A DNA stretch of 63,656 nt, filler included, from 4 parts of 4 records of this genome joined end to end with filler, not necessarily neighbours in it; one strand, 5' to 3'; numbered from the whole stretch's first letter, positions 1 to 10,493 are shown. Made by a program: numbers and translations. Notes: generated by a model not told the origin, from the letters alone.

Positions 1-1
1 T

Positions 2-1738
2 TACAATGTTAGATATCGTTTAATTGCCAAAAACTTCTGTAGCGATACGCTTAAAAATATCAGCTTAACCAGTAGCTTGGCAAGCACTTTCAAAAGCCCA
101 GTTACTGTGACAGTGATTCAAAATCCAACTTTAGGAAGAGGTTCTAGATTGGTTGTAAATAATGGTTTTAGTTTGTTAGATTCTAATTTGGTTAATAAAG
201 CTACCAGTTTAATGTTACCAAATGCTGTTGATACAATTACTTATGTTGTTCAAGTGGTAACTGGCGGAAATACTGGTCCATACAATAGCCAAGCTTTAAT
301 TACTGGAACTCGACCAAATACGGAAGTACTTACAGCAAAATCTAGTGATGGAACAAATGTGAACGCCACTCCAAGTATTACGAAAGTACCATTAGGTCCA
401 CCAAATACAATAATTGGTTTAGCGAAAGAACTTGTAGCAACTGGACTAAAACGTGATTCTGCCAATGTTTGGACGGTTCCTTACCGAATCAGAGTCGTAA
501 ATATGGGTGCTTTTGATATTAAAAAGCTGAGTGTAAAAGATAGTTTGGATGGCGTATTTACTTTTAAAGGTGCAGTATTGTTAGGAAAACCAGTGGTAAC
601 AAGTACGAAAGCTGGTATTACAATTAATCCAAATTATACGGGTAAAGGCACTAATACCAATTTATTAGTTGATTCATTGAGTACATTGCTTAGAGGAGAT
701 TCTGCCATTATTAATTTAACAGTAAGGGTGAATGTTGCTGCTGCTACAGATTCTGTTTTCAATAACGTTGCAGTAGGAATAGGACTTGGTGTAGATAATA
801 AATCTTATACCGACGTATCAACGAATGGGGTAAGTCCTGATGTAAACAAAGATGCTAATCCAAATAATGATAATGTTGCCACGCCAGTAATACTTAAAAA
901 AGAAAATGGTTTGAATTCTCAGGCTTCGATAGGTCTTGCTTTAGCAGCTGTAACAGATACTGTTGCTCAGTCAGATGGTTCATACAATGTTACTTTAACG
1001 CTAGTTGCTAAAAACTACGGACCAGTATTGTTGAATAAAGTTGCTTTGAGTAATGATTTAGAAACGACGATTGGTAAACAAGTTGGCTCATGGACTATTT
1101 TAGGAAGACCAACAATGGTGAGAGGAGTGAATGCTGTTTTGAATACAACTTTCAATGGAAGAAGAGACACAGTCCTTACAGTGGCAGAAAATACAGCTTT
1201 GGCAGTAGGAGACAGCATTGTGATAACTTATGTGGTAAATGTTACCAAACCTTTGATTGATACATTGTTCACTTTTGCTCATGCAAAAGCTGTGAGTGTA
1301 GAAAGTACTCCAGTTGATGTAACAGATTCATCAGTGAATGGTGCTAATCCTGATCCAAATAAAGATGGTAAACCTTTGGAATCGTCGCCAACACCAATGG
1401 TATTCCCTAAGAAGGTTACAGTAATATCAATTCCTCATGGATTCTCGCCAAATGGTGATGGGGTGAACGATACATTTGTAATTGATGGAGTAAATGCTGA
1501 TGAAAGAGCCAACCTAGAAGTATATAACCGTTGGGGAAGTTTGGTGTATGCTTCTACAGATTATAAAAATGACTGGAACGGAATGCCAAATACTGGTCTA
1601 AGAATAATAGAAGTTGGAGATGGCTTACCTTCTGGTACTTATTTCTACGTGGTAACGGTTTACAAACGAGTATCAGGTGATAAAGTAGTATTACCTGTAA
1701 ATGTTGAGCCAGTACGTTACATGACAATTTCTCGATAG
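2..1738 (+). CDS. T9SS type-B sorting-domain (gliding-motility-associated CTD) surface protein with tandem Ig-like repeats, 5'-truncated
   Basis: The frame is open from position 2 (YNVRYRLIAKN...). The C-terminus has IPHGFSPNGDGVNDTF...VYNRWGSLVY...YKNDWNG...LPSGTYFY. The gene is followed by a PorP/SprF gene. Confidence 0.9.
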   Translation, partial: YNVRYRLIAKNFCSDTLKNISLTSSLASTFKSPVTVTVIQNPTLGRGSRLVVNNGFSLLDSNLVNKATSLMLPNAVDTITYVVQVVTGGNTGPYNSQALITGTRPNTEVLTAKSSDGTNVNATPSITKVPLGPPNTIIGLAKELVATGLKRDSANVWTVPYRIRVVNMGAFDIKKLSVKDSLDGVFTFKGAVLLGKPVVTSTKAGITINPNYTGKGTNTNLLVDSLSTLLRGDSAIINLTVRVNVAAATDSVFNNVAVGIGLGVDNKSYTDVSTNGVSPDVNKDANPNNDNVATPVILKKENGLNSQASIGLALAAVTDTVAQSDGSYNVTLTLVAKNYGPVLLNKVALSNDLETTIGKQVGSWTILGRPTMVRGVNAVLNTTFNGRRDTVLTVAENTALAVGDSIVITYVVNVTKPLIDTLFTFAHAKAVSVESTPVDVTDSSVNGANPDPNKDGKPLESSPTPMVFPKKVTVISIPHGFSPNGDGVNDTFVIDGVNADERANLEVYNRWGSLVYASTDYKNDWNGMPNTGLRIIEVGDGLPSGTYFYVVTVYKRVSGDKVVLPVNVEPVRYMTISR

Positions 1739-1747
1739 AACATCAAG

Positions 1748-1779
1748 TTGTTGCCATTTCAAATACGGAATGGCAACAA
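1748..1779 (+). terminator. Intergenic hairpin (terminator or stabilising stem)
   Basis: TTGTTGCCATTTC-AAATAC-GGAATGGCAACAA inverted repeat just after the stop codon; no U-tract on the + strand. Confidence 0.4.
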
Positions 1780-1850
1780 AAGAAATCCAATTAATCTTAG
1801 AACAGAATTGACAATTCTGTTAAAACATAAAAAATTTAAATTTGAATCAC

Positions 1851-2837
1851 ATGAAGTTCAAAGGTTTGCTTTCAGGAATTAAATATGTGACAGCCCCATT
1901 GTTGTTAATTATCGCTGTACATTCGGTTCGGGCCCAGCAAGAGGTTCAATATTCTCAGTATATGTTCAATATGCTACCCTTGAACCCTGCTTACGCTGGT
2001 AGTCGTGATGTACTGAGTGCCACTGTTGTACACAGACAGCAATGGGTAAACATTACTGGTGCACCTACAACGCAATCTTTTTCAATAGATAGCCCAATCA
2101 ATGGAGAAAAAGTAGGTGTTGGTTTCCAAGCGTATAATGATAGAATCGGGGATTATAGAAATGTAGGAATGTATGGTTCTTATGCCTACAGAGTAAAAGT
2201 TACTCAAAGAGCTACTTTAGCAATGGGGATTCAGGCTGGTGCAACTAGTATTTCTGGAAATTTAACACAAACCTTAGTGACTCAAACAGGTGATCAAGCC
2301 TTTACTTATTCATTTAATAAATGGTTGCCGAATTTTGGAGCTGGTGTATTTTTGAGTGACGACCGTGGATATATCGGTTTTTCATGTCCTAGTTTGATGA
2401 GAAATAAGTTGACAAGTACGCAGACTGGTACCGCTACCGATTCAGCATCTCGTCAGGAACGTCATTATTTTATCATGTTGGGTTATGTGTTTCCATTAGG
2501 AAGCTCGTTTACTTTAAAGCCGTCTTTTTTATCAAAAGTTACTCGTGATGCAGCTTCTTTTGATTTAAACATGAACCTTTGGTATAACGATAGAATTGCT
2601 TTAGGTTGCTCTTGGAGAACCAATAACTTGAAATTCTCTTCACCATTTACCAACCAAAATGGCGATGCAGTTATTGGAATGTTAGAAGTACAAGCTTCTG
2701 ATCAAATCCGTTTTGGCTATGCTTATGATTATGCAATTAATGGTTTAAAAAGCTTACAAAAAGGTTCGCATGAATTTATGCTTCGTTATGAATTTGGTTA
2801 TCGTAAAACGAAAATTCTTACACCACGTTATTTTTAA
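1851..2837 (+). CDS. Type IX secretion system membrane protein, PorP/SprF family
   Basis: Signal peptide, then QQEVQYSQYMFN..LNPAYAG, HRQQW..GAP.T, GYAYDY and GSHE...RYEF...PRYF motifs. ATG 1851 is preferred over TTG 1842. Confidence 0.92.
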   Translation: MKFKGLLSGIKYVTAPLLLIIAVHSVRAQQEVQYSQYMFNMLPLNPAYAGSRDVLSATVVHRQQWVNITGAPTTQSFSIDSPINGEKVGVGFQAYNDRIGDYRNVGMYGSYAYRVKVTQRATLAMGIQAGATSISGNLTQTLVTQTGDQAFTYSFNKWLPNFGAGVFLSDDRGYIGFSCPSLMRNKLTSTQTGTATDSASRQERHYFIMLGYVFPLGSSFTLKPSFLSKVTRDAASFDLNMNLWYNDRIALGCSWRTNNLKFSSPFTNQNGDAVIGMLEVQASDQIRFGYAYDYAINGLKSLQKGSHEFMLRYEFGYRKTKILTPRYF

Positions 2838-2921
2838 AAAATCAATACTGAAAGAGTTAAATACTCAAAACCAAAGAGAAACCTTCTAGTAAAAACCATA
2901 GCTAGTAAAACATTTAAAACG

Positions 2922-5336
2922 ATGATTAATTTGAATAAAATTATACTCACTTTCTGTATGGTGTTGCTTGCAACAGCCTGTACGATTGCTCAGACATTAA
3001 AAGATGCAGAGTATCATTTCAAGCAGATGAGTTACCTAAATGCTTCTGAATTGTTTGAACAGGTGCTAAAAGGTAAACTATCAGATGCAGACCGACAGGC
3101 TGCGATGATAAAATTAGCTTATTCATACAGACAAATGCGTGATTCACAAAACGCAGAAAGAGTTTATCATGAACTGGTATCAAAAGGAGCAACATTTTCT
3201 GGTGCCGATACAAAGGTATATTTATACTATGCCCAAGCATTGGCTTCTAATGGAAAATATAAGGAAGCGCAAGATGTTTATGAACAATATTCAAAAGTAG
3301 AAATCGCAGATAAAAGAAGCGGAGGTTTCCAGAAATTATATAAAAACGTTGATGTTTTAAACAGAAATGCTACTTGTTATAAAGTAGATTACTTGTCAAT
3401 TAATACTGACCATGCCGATTTTAGTCCGATGTATTATAAAAATGGTTTAGTTTTTAATTCAAGTAGAGTTAATGAAATTGGTTTGAAAAGAATGTTTTCT
3501 TGGGATAATTCACATTTCCTAGATATGTATTATTTGAGTGATATAAACCAATTGACGGTGACAACACCTGCTGGTTTGGGAAGTTCTGCGGATGATAAAT
3601 TGAAAATTGGGAAAAAAACAAAAGCCATCGGCGAAGATGAATATACTGCCCCAACTGCCAATGATACCAGAACGATTGGAACATTCAGTGGTTCAAATAT
3701 CTACCGAAATTTTGTAGAAACTCCGGGCGTAAAAACGGAAAGTTTTAGCAAAAGCTTAAATACCAAATATCATGAAGGACCTATGACTTTTACCAGCGAT
3801 GGCAAAAGAGTAATTTTTACTAGAAATAATTACAATAACGGTAAATACAAAACTTCTGCTGATAAGGTTAATAAACTGAAAATCTATACTGCTGAAGAAA
3901 AGGGTGGAGAATGGGTAAATATCAAAGAAATTCCATTTGATAATAACGATTATTCAACGGGACATCCTTCGCTTACGAAAGACAATAAACTGATGTATTT
4001 TGTTTCGGATATGCCAGGAGGTTATGGTGGCACTGATATTTATGTTTGCGAATATAACGATGGAAAATTTGGTAAACCTATTAATATGGGACCAACCATT
4101 AATACTTTAGGGAATGAAATGTTCCCATTTGTGGATGAAAGAGGTAATTTATACTTTTCATCAGATGGTCATCCCGGATTAGGCGATTTAGATATTTTTT
4201 ATGTGAAACTTTCTGGTACAAAAGTATTGAGTAATGTCTCAAATATGGGAATGCCAATCAATTCAAGTAAAGATGATTTTGGATTGATTACTGATGGAGA
4301 ACGTAAATCAGGCTATTTTTCTTCAAATCGTAAACGTGGAGGAACTGATGATGATATTTACCGTTTTACTCGTGAGTGTGATGAAAAACCAGAATGTCAA
4401 GAATTGCAAGTAATTGTATATGATGCAGATTCAAAAATGCCTTTAGATAATACTGATGTTGCCGTAGTTGAAAATGGCAAAACAGTGATGAAAAAGACAG
4501 ATTCAAATGGTTCGTTCAGAATTTGTATTGATTTGAACAAGCAATTTGGTTTCAATGCAAGTAGAGATAGTTATTTGCCTAATAGTGTTTCGTTTACAAG
4601 TACTGAAAGTAATATGCTGAGAGCGCTTGAGATTCCTTTGATGCGAGTACTTATGAGTGACAGTACCGATGTTGCGGTTTCTAAGAATACCTCTCCTTGC
4701 CCTGCAACTAAAATTGTAAAAGGAAGAGTAACAGTGAATAAAGATAAATCGTCGTTAGGTGGTGTAAAAGTTACACTTACCAATGAATGTGATGGCACAA
4801 TACAAACTGTTGTGACTGGTCCAAACGGGCGTTATCAGTTTGAAATTTGTGAAGGATGTGAATATACGATAGATGCTTCTAAAGATAATTTTGCTTCAAA
4901 AGGAAACAAAATAGATAAATTAGGAAAAGACGACCCACAAGAAATCAATGCTAATTTAAGTATGTTTGAAGAAGGCGATGTCATTGCTATCGACAATATT
5001 TACTATAATTATACCAAGTATAATATTCGTCCTGATGCAGCTAAAGAATTGAATAAATTGTTGTTATTGATGCGCCGTTATCCGAATATGAGAATTGAAG
5101 TTCGTTCTCATACTGATAGTAGAGCAACAACAGAATTTAACCAAACACTTTCTGAAAATCGTTCAGCTTCGGTAGTTCAATATTTGGTAAAAAGAGGTAT
5201 TGCCGCTAACAGATTTGAGACTTCTGGCTATGGCGAAACACAATTATTAAACGAATGTGCCGACGGAATAGAATGTACAGAAGAGCAACACCAAACCAAC
5301 AGACGTTCGGAGTTTAAGATTATTCAGTTAAAATAA
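2922..5336 (+). CDS. TPR + PD40 + carboxypeptidase-regulatory-like + OmpA-C domain protein (PorE-like)
   Basis: N-terminal TPR-like helices, PD40 repeats (YFVSDMPGGYGGTDIY, YFSSDGHPGLGDLDIF) and an OmpA C-domain (SHTDSRA..FNQTLSENRS, GYGE, NRRSEF). Confidence 0.9.
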   Translation: MINLNKIILTFCMVLLATACTIAQTLKDAEYHFKQMSYLNASELFEQVLKGKLSDADRQAAMIKLAYSYRQMRDSQNAERVYHELVSKGATFSGADTKVYLYYAQALASNGKYKEAQDVYEQYSKVEIADKRSGGFQKLYKNVDVLNRNATCYKVDYLSINTDHADFSPMYYKNGLVFNSSRVNEIGLKRMFSWDNSHFLDMYYLSDINQLTVTTPAGLGSSADDKLKIGKKTKAIGEDEYTAPTANDTRTIGTFSGSNIYRNFVETPGVKTESFSKSLNTKYHEGPMTFTSDGKRVIFTRNNYNNGKYKTSADKVNKLKIYTAEEKGGEWVNIKEIPFDNNDYSTGHPSLTKDNKLMYFVSDMPGGYGGTDIYVCEYNDGKFGKPINMGPTINTLGNEMFPFVDERGNLYFSSDGHPGLGDLDIFYVKLSGTKVLSNVSNMGMPINSSKDDFGLITDGERKSGYFSSNRKRGGTDDDIYRFTRECDEKPECQELQVIVYDADSKMPLDNTDVAVVENGKTVMKKTDSNGSFRICIDLNKQFGFNASRDSYLPNSVSFTSTESNMLRALEIPLMRVLMSDSTDVAVSKNTSPCPATKIVKGRVTVNKDKSSLGGVKVTLTNECDGTIQTVVTGPNGRYQFEICEGCEYTIDASKDNFASKGNKIDKLGKDDPQEINANLSMFEEGDVIAIDNIYYNYTKYNIRPDAAKELNKLLLLMRRYPNMRIEVRSHTDSRATTEFNQTLSENRSASVVQYLVKRGIAANRFETSGYGETQLLNECADGIECTEEQHQTNRRSEFKIIQLK

Positions 5337-5347
5337 GTGGATTAATA

Positions 5348-5390
5348 ATCAAAAAAGGCTAATCAGATATTCTGGTTAGCCTTTTTTGAT
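5348..5390. terminator. Bidirectional rho-independent terminator
   Basis: ATCAAAAAAGGCTAATCAGA-TAT-TCTGGTTAGCCTTTTTTGAT between convergent genes. Confidence 0.8.
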
Positions 5391-5405
5391 ATAAGCTTCT
5401 GAATA

Positions 5406-6500
5406 CTATTTCAGTACTCTTGGCAATGTAATATTTACTTCAAAAATACTATTTGTACAGGTTACTTCTAATTGCCCACCAATACTTTTCACCCATTCAT
5501 TTACGATGTATAAACCTAAACCTGTACCATTCTTATCTTTGGTAACATGTGCTTGGTAAAAAGGTTTTATCGCCTGAGTATCCATTTCATAAATACCCAG
5601 AAAGTGATTTTTTAAATTTAGTATCAGTTCTGAATCGGTAGTAAGTATTTCGGAATAAATTCTATAATCTATATTCGCAAATTGAATGATATTTTGATAC
5701 AGTTCTGAAAGTATGTTCTCAAGAAAAATGCTGTCGTAGCCTTCAAGTGGCAAGGCTTTATGGTTCGCAATTAAGTGGAAATCAGTGGGTTTGCTTTTCT
5801 TGAGTTGATTGAATAACTTATTTTCAAGCTTTACAATATCTACTTGTTCTTTGGCAGCATGTTTCCAAGGATTTATGCCATTGATTAGCTGATTGTACCA
5901 AAGTAATTTTCTTGTAATTCTTAGCATCCTATTGCCCGAAAGCCTAATGCCATCAATCAGTACTTGAAGCTCGTTGATGTCTAATAAATCAGAATTGTCG
6001 ATATGTTCTGACATCAAATCAGTAAAATTGACAATGCCATTTAGTGGAGTAAGGTATTCATGATTCGAGATACTCAGAAAAATATCGGTAGCATTTTTTC
6101 TGATTTCGACATCAGCAGAGGCTTTTTTAAGAGAGCTAATTTCTAACCTAGAATTAATCGTCTCTACTAAATCTTTGGTGGTAAATGGTTTCGTCAGGAA
6201 ATCATCCGCACCCAAATTCATTCCTTTTCTTTTGTCAGATAAATCGGCTCTTGCTGAAAGAAAAATAAATGGAAGATTGACCAAACCTTTTTCATAACGG
6301 ATAATTCTGAGAATCTCATAGCCATCCATTTCACCAAGCATAATATCACAAATTACGATGTCGGGTTGAATTTCTTCAATTAATTGAATCCCGATTTCTC
6401 CTTCTTCTGCAACAAAGCAACTAAATCCGCTTATTTCTAAAATTGTTTTTGTATTATCTGCAAGCAAAAAATCATCCTCTATCAATACGATTTTAGTCAT
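5406..6500 (-). CDS. Hybrid response regulator / histidine kinase (REC-HisKA-HATPase)
   Basis: REC domain (IEDD, CDIML, KPF), HEYLTPL H-box and GTGLGL G2 box. Confidence 0.85.
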   Translation of the reverse strand: MTKIVLIEDDFLLADNTKTILEISGFSCFVAEEGEIGIQLIEEIQPDIVICDIMLGEMDGYEILRIIRYEKGLVNLPFIFLSARADLSDKRKGMNLGADDFLTKPFTTKDLVETINSRLEISSLKKASADVEIRKNATDIFLSISNHEYLTPLNGIVNFTDLMSEHIDNSDLLDINELQVLIDGIRLSGNRMLRITRKLLWYNQLINGINPWKHAAKEQVDIVKLENKLFNQLKKSKPTDFHLIANHKALPLEGYDSIFLENILSELYQNIIQFANIDYRIYSEILTTDSELILNLKNHFLGIYEMDTQAIKPFYQAHVTKDKNGTGLGLYIVNEWVKSIGGQLEVTCTNSIFEVNITLPRVLK

Positions 6501-6591
6501 AATTGTTTTTGTAAAATATTGTTAATCATAAATCAAAAATTACACTTTTTGACTAAAAAGCTTTTTTGATGTAGAAGAACATCTATATTGA

Positions 6592-7008
6592 TTAGAGAAC
6601 CGAGTTGAAGTTGTTAGTAGCAAGAAGAAGGGCTTCTTGTAACCTGTTTTTACTTACAGGTTTTTCGAGATACGCTGCAGTTTTTAACGTAATTCCAGCT
6701 AGATTACACAACTCATCGAAACTATTTTGGCTGGCTGCTGATACGATGATGATTTCAATATGTTTATCAGAAAATTCTTCTGGATTGCTTTCTAAGTAAA
6801 ATAGAAATTCGTAACCATCCATTACTGGCATATTCAAGTCTAATAAAACAATGAGTTCTTTTTCAGTAGATTGTTTTATCCATGCTATAGCCTCTTGACC
6901 ATCGGTGGTTTCGCTGTAAGATATATTAAATGATTGCAGTGAACGAGAAAGTAAAATTCTGTTGAGATGTTCGTCATCTACAATTAAAGTCTGGGGAATA
7001 TTATTCAT
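6592..7008 (-). CDS. Single-domain response regulator
   Basis: IVDD, LLDLNMPVMDG, VSA and KP motifs. Confidence 0.88.
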   Translation of the reverse strand: MNNIPQTLIVDDEHLNRILLSRSLQSFNISYSETTDGQEAIAWIKQSTEKELIVLLDLNMPVMDGYEFLFYLESNPEEFSDKHIEIIIVSAASQNSFDELCNLAGITLKTAAYLEKPVSKNRLQEALLLATNNFNSVL

Positions 7009-7414
7009 TTCGTTTCAAAATTTTATTAATAGAGATCAAATTCTCTTTTAATAATTTTAAAGAGATTGAGTTATTAATATCGTACCGAGTACCTAAGTTT
7101 ATAAAACTCAATAACTCAATTTGTTTTATTGACCGATTGAAATTGTATTATACAATCGGTAGATTTAAAATAAGTTTAATAATGGAGTACTTTCAATTGC
7201 TGTAAATACTCTTCAGGCAATTGAAGTAATATTTATAGTTTATTAAGTAATTTATAAATTTATACTAAGGCAAATTTTACTTATTTTTTGATAATTATCA
7301 AGAAATACGCTTTTGGCTAAATTACTTATTTATTCATTAATAACAAAAATTATAAATGCTCTTTTTTGATTGTTCGTCTCTTTTTTACTCCAACTATTGT
7401 TACCGTTATTTTCT

Positions 7415-9223
7415 TTATAAATAACTGAAATGAAGGATGAATGTTGAACCTTTGTTTTCTTCGCTCTCAAAGTTGAGCTTGCCTCCATTTAGTTTAACAA
7501 GGTTCTTTGCAATGACTAAACCTAAACCCGTTCCTTCGATTCTCCCAACATTGCTGGCTCTGTAAAATGAATTAAAGATTTTATTTTTTACTTCTGCTGG
7601 AATACCAATGCCGAAATCTTGAATAATAATTTCAAAGGAATTTTCATAAAATGACAAACTCAGTATTGGATTTGGGCGATTCCTGGAATATTTAAAGGCA
7701 TTTGAAACCAGATTATCAAGTATGAGATTGAGATGGAGTGGGTCTATTTCTGCAATAGTTGGTATGCCTGTTACTTTAAATTCAATTGTACGACCATCTT
7801 TTTGCAAGGCATTTTGCCCTTCAAAGCAAGATTTTACTAGTTCGATAACATTTACACGTTCTTTGTTGCAACTCAAATTGTTAGATTCAATTTTGCCAAC
7901 AATCAATATTTCGTTCATCAAACTCGTGATTCTATCAATTTGACTACCAATAATATTAACATGCTTTTTGATATGCGGATTTTGGTCTTTGTCTATCAAC
8001 TGAATAATCTCAGTACTTGAACGAATCGTAGAAAGTGGCGTTCTGAATTCATGCGATGCTACATTGACAAAAAGCGTTTTTAAATCATTCAATTCTTTTT
8101 CTTTTTGTAAAGAAGTCATTAAAATTTCTTCAGTACGTTTTCTATCGTTGATTTCCCTTGAAGAAGTAATGATGCGATGTGTGAGGTCGTAATCGTCAAA
8201 AAATACTTTAGAGTTTGTTTCTAGCCAAACATATTCGCCATCGGCATTTCTGAAACGATAACTAATATAGGATGAAGTAGTTCCTGCAAAAGGTAGTTGT
8301 TCTTTATCAACCAGTTTTAAATCGTCGGGATGATAATAATCCGAGAGTTTCTTCCCAAGTAAATCTTGTGGTTCATAACCTGTAATTTGTTTAATAGAGG
8401 GCGAAATGTACAACAATGTGCCTTCTAAATCGTGAATACAGACTAAATCCTTAACATTGTTGGAGAGTAATTCGTAAATATGAGCATTTTCCTTTTGTCG
8501 GGTAATGTCTCTGAGTGTACCGGTAGCGCCAATTACAAATCCTTTTGCGTCTGAAATGAAAGTTACAGAAGCTTTAATCCATTTTATTTCACCTGTTTGG
8601 GTGATAAACCTAGCGAGATGTTTACTGGTAGTTTTTTTTTCTCGAATGAGGGCATCAAAAAGCTGCTCTTTTTTGTCAGCATCTTCAGGGTGCATGAAAT
8701 CGTAGAAAGGTTTTCCTAACGATTCCTCGTTGCTATAACCAAGAATTTTAGTCCATGAATCATTCAGGAAAGTCCAACGCCAATGTTCATCTGTTTTAAA
8801 TATAATATCACTTATGAGGTTGATTACTTCATGGTATTGGCTTTCAGAATAAAGGCTGTTTTCAGTGATGAAAGGTTTCGCATCATTTGGTAAGTAAAAT
8901 TGAACTAAAATCATCGAAATTTCGCCATTTTCGTCATTAATTGGCGTAAACTTATGGTTTAGTTTTTGAGGTTCAATACTTATTTCACGTCCTTCAAATG
9001 CGTTTTGATAACTTTGGGCTAAAGAAATAAAAAACTGTTTTTGAGATGTTATTACTTTGCTTACTTTATTGATTTGTGGTCTTTCATTAAAACTATAAAC
9101 ATAATTTCTAATATAAGTCTCATTAAAATACATGAAACGGTATTCTTTATCTAAAATGTAAACATTGCCTTCTAATGAATTCAATATTACTTCTGATAGA
9201 TAATTAATTGAGGAAGATTTCAT
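7415..9223 (-). CDS. PAS-domain sensor histidine kinase
   Basis: Two clear PAS/PAC domains (HPED, HPDD), SHEFRTPL, NLVSNAFKYS, DFGIG and GTGLGL. Confidence 0.92.
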   Translation of the reverse strand: MKSSSINYLSEVILNSLEGNVYILDKEYRFMYFNETYIRNYVYSFNERPQINKVSKVITSQKQFFISLAQSYQNAFEGREISIEPQKLNHKFTPINDENGEISMILVQFYLPNDAKPFITENSLYSESQYHEVINLISDIIFKTDEHWRWTFLNDSWTKILGYSNEESLGKPFYDFMHPEDADKKEQLFDALIREKKTTSKHLARFITQTGEIKWIKASVTFISDAKGFVIGATGTLRDITRQKENAHIYELLSNNVKDLVCIHDLEGTLLYISPSIKQITGYEPQDLLGKKLSDYYHPDDLKLVDKEQLPFAGTTSSYISYRFRNADGEYVWLETNSKVFFDDYDLTHRIITSSREINDRKRTEEILMTSLQKEKELNDLKTLFVNVASHEFRTPLSTIRSSTEIIQLIDKDQNPHIKKHVNIIGSQIDRITSLMNEILIVGKIESNNLSCNKERVNVIELVKSCFEGQNALQKDGRTIEFKVTGIPTIAEIDPLHLNLILDNLVSNAFKYSRNRPNPILSLSFYENSFEIIIQDFGIGIPAEVKNKIFNSFYRASNVGRIEGTGLGLVIAKNLVKLNGGKLNFESEENKGSTFILHFSYL

Positions 9224-9622
9224 CTGGTAAATGGCGGTTTTAATTTTTCAAAATGATGATAACTCACTACTCAATCGGACGGCTATTTATATAAGAGATA
9301 AAACAAAAAAGTATTCATTTTTAGCGAAAACAAATACGCAAGGTTTCATCAAACACCTGATTAGCAATATTATTTGCTAATTGTATAATTTAATTTTTGG
9401 CAGTTTTAATTTATATTTTGAAAAGGCTAATTTAATGTTGTGCGGTATCAAAATAGCTTTTCGTTACTCATGATAAAATTCCGAAACCCAAAAGATTTCG
9501 TGTTTAAAAAATGTAGATATAGTTAATTTGATAAAAGGAAATTAATTAATCGTAGAGACTTTGCATGAAGGATTGCGAATTCAAAATTACAAATTGAGCT
9601 TAATTTACCCAATTGTTATTTA

Positions 9623-9978
9623 CTAATTAAATAATGGATTTTTCCTGATAAATACATCCTGCTCGAAAGATACTCTATATTCAGATAAAAAGTGAGTACT
9701 TTTTAGATAATAATCTGTAGAAATGATTTGAGCACCCGAAATTTTAGCGGCTTCAAATTGAGAATAATCATTTTGGCGAGCTTGAACGGTTTCTGCATCA
9801 GCACGAGTTCTGACGATGTAACCCTTTGATACATATTCTTTGATTAATGTTTGATTCTTTTTGGGGTCATTTAAAATTAATATAGCTGCTTCAGGAGTAT
9901 TGGGAAGGGCATTAGCAAACATTATTCTGCCTTTTAGAGATGGATGCCCTTTGATAAACATTTCTCTTTTTTCATCTT
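9623..9978 (-). CDS. Ca2+-dependent phosphoinositide-specific phospholipase C-like protein, C-terminal fragment
   Basis: GYIVRTRAD and SGAQIISTDY motifs; the 5' part is cut by the spacer. Confidence 0.7.
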
Positions 9979-10078
9979 NNNNNNNNNNNNNNNNNNNNNN
10001 NNNNNNNNNNNNNNNNNNNNNNTTAATTAATTAANNNNNNNNNNNNNNNNNNNNNNNNNNNNNNNNNNNNNNNNNNNN
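9979..10078. other. Artificial contig-join spacer
   Basis: N-run with TTAATTAATTAA (stops in all frames). Confidence 0.98.
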
Positions 10079-10128
10079 CTCTTAACTGTATCCTCGCCTC
10101 CTCTTGCAATTATATCATTGCCAAGTCT

Positions 10129-10338
10129 ATAATTCTAAATGCCAAAGTAATAAATCTAATCGACAAAGCTATAATTCTAAATGCCACACCAATAAATCTA
10201 AATGCCATGCTCCTAATTCCAAATACCACACTAATAAATCTAAATGCCAAGTTCCTAATTCTAAATGACACACTAATAAATCCAAATGACAAGCTTCTAA
10301 TTCTAAATGCCACATCAATAAATCCAATTGACAAAACT
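10129..10338. repeat. Degenerate tandem array of ten 21-bp units with 42-bp alternation
   Basis: Units alternate (A/C)TAATTC(T/C)AAAT... and ATAAATC(T/C)AA...; a typical unit is ATAATTCTAAATGCCACACCA. Confidence 0.85.
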
Positions 10339-10455
10339 ATTTTCTAAAACTATAAAGCCTATGATTGCTATTAACTGACAAATTTCACACAACATCCTCT
10401 AAGTATTCATCATTATTTCCTTCAATCATAAAAAAACAATGGATTATCATCAAAT

Positions 10456-10492
10456 AAAAAACCCTTCATACAAATTGTATAAAGGGTTTTTT
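10456..10492 (-). terminator. Terminator downstream of tRNA-Arg
   Basis: AAAAAACCCTTCATAC...GTATAAAGGGTTTTTT hairpin with A/T tracts. Confidence 0.7.
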
Positions 10493-10493
10493 G

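Noticed and set aside
9979-10078. TTAATTAATTAA motif in N-runs as a biological repeat (also at the other two joins)
   Set aside because: It is the same artificial linker at all three contig joins.
10129-10338. CRISPR array
   Set aside because: Units are contiguous and degenerate with no unique spacers, and there are no cas genes in the window.
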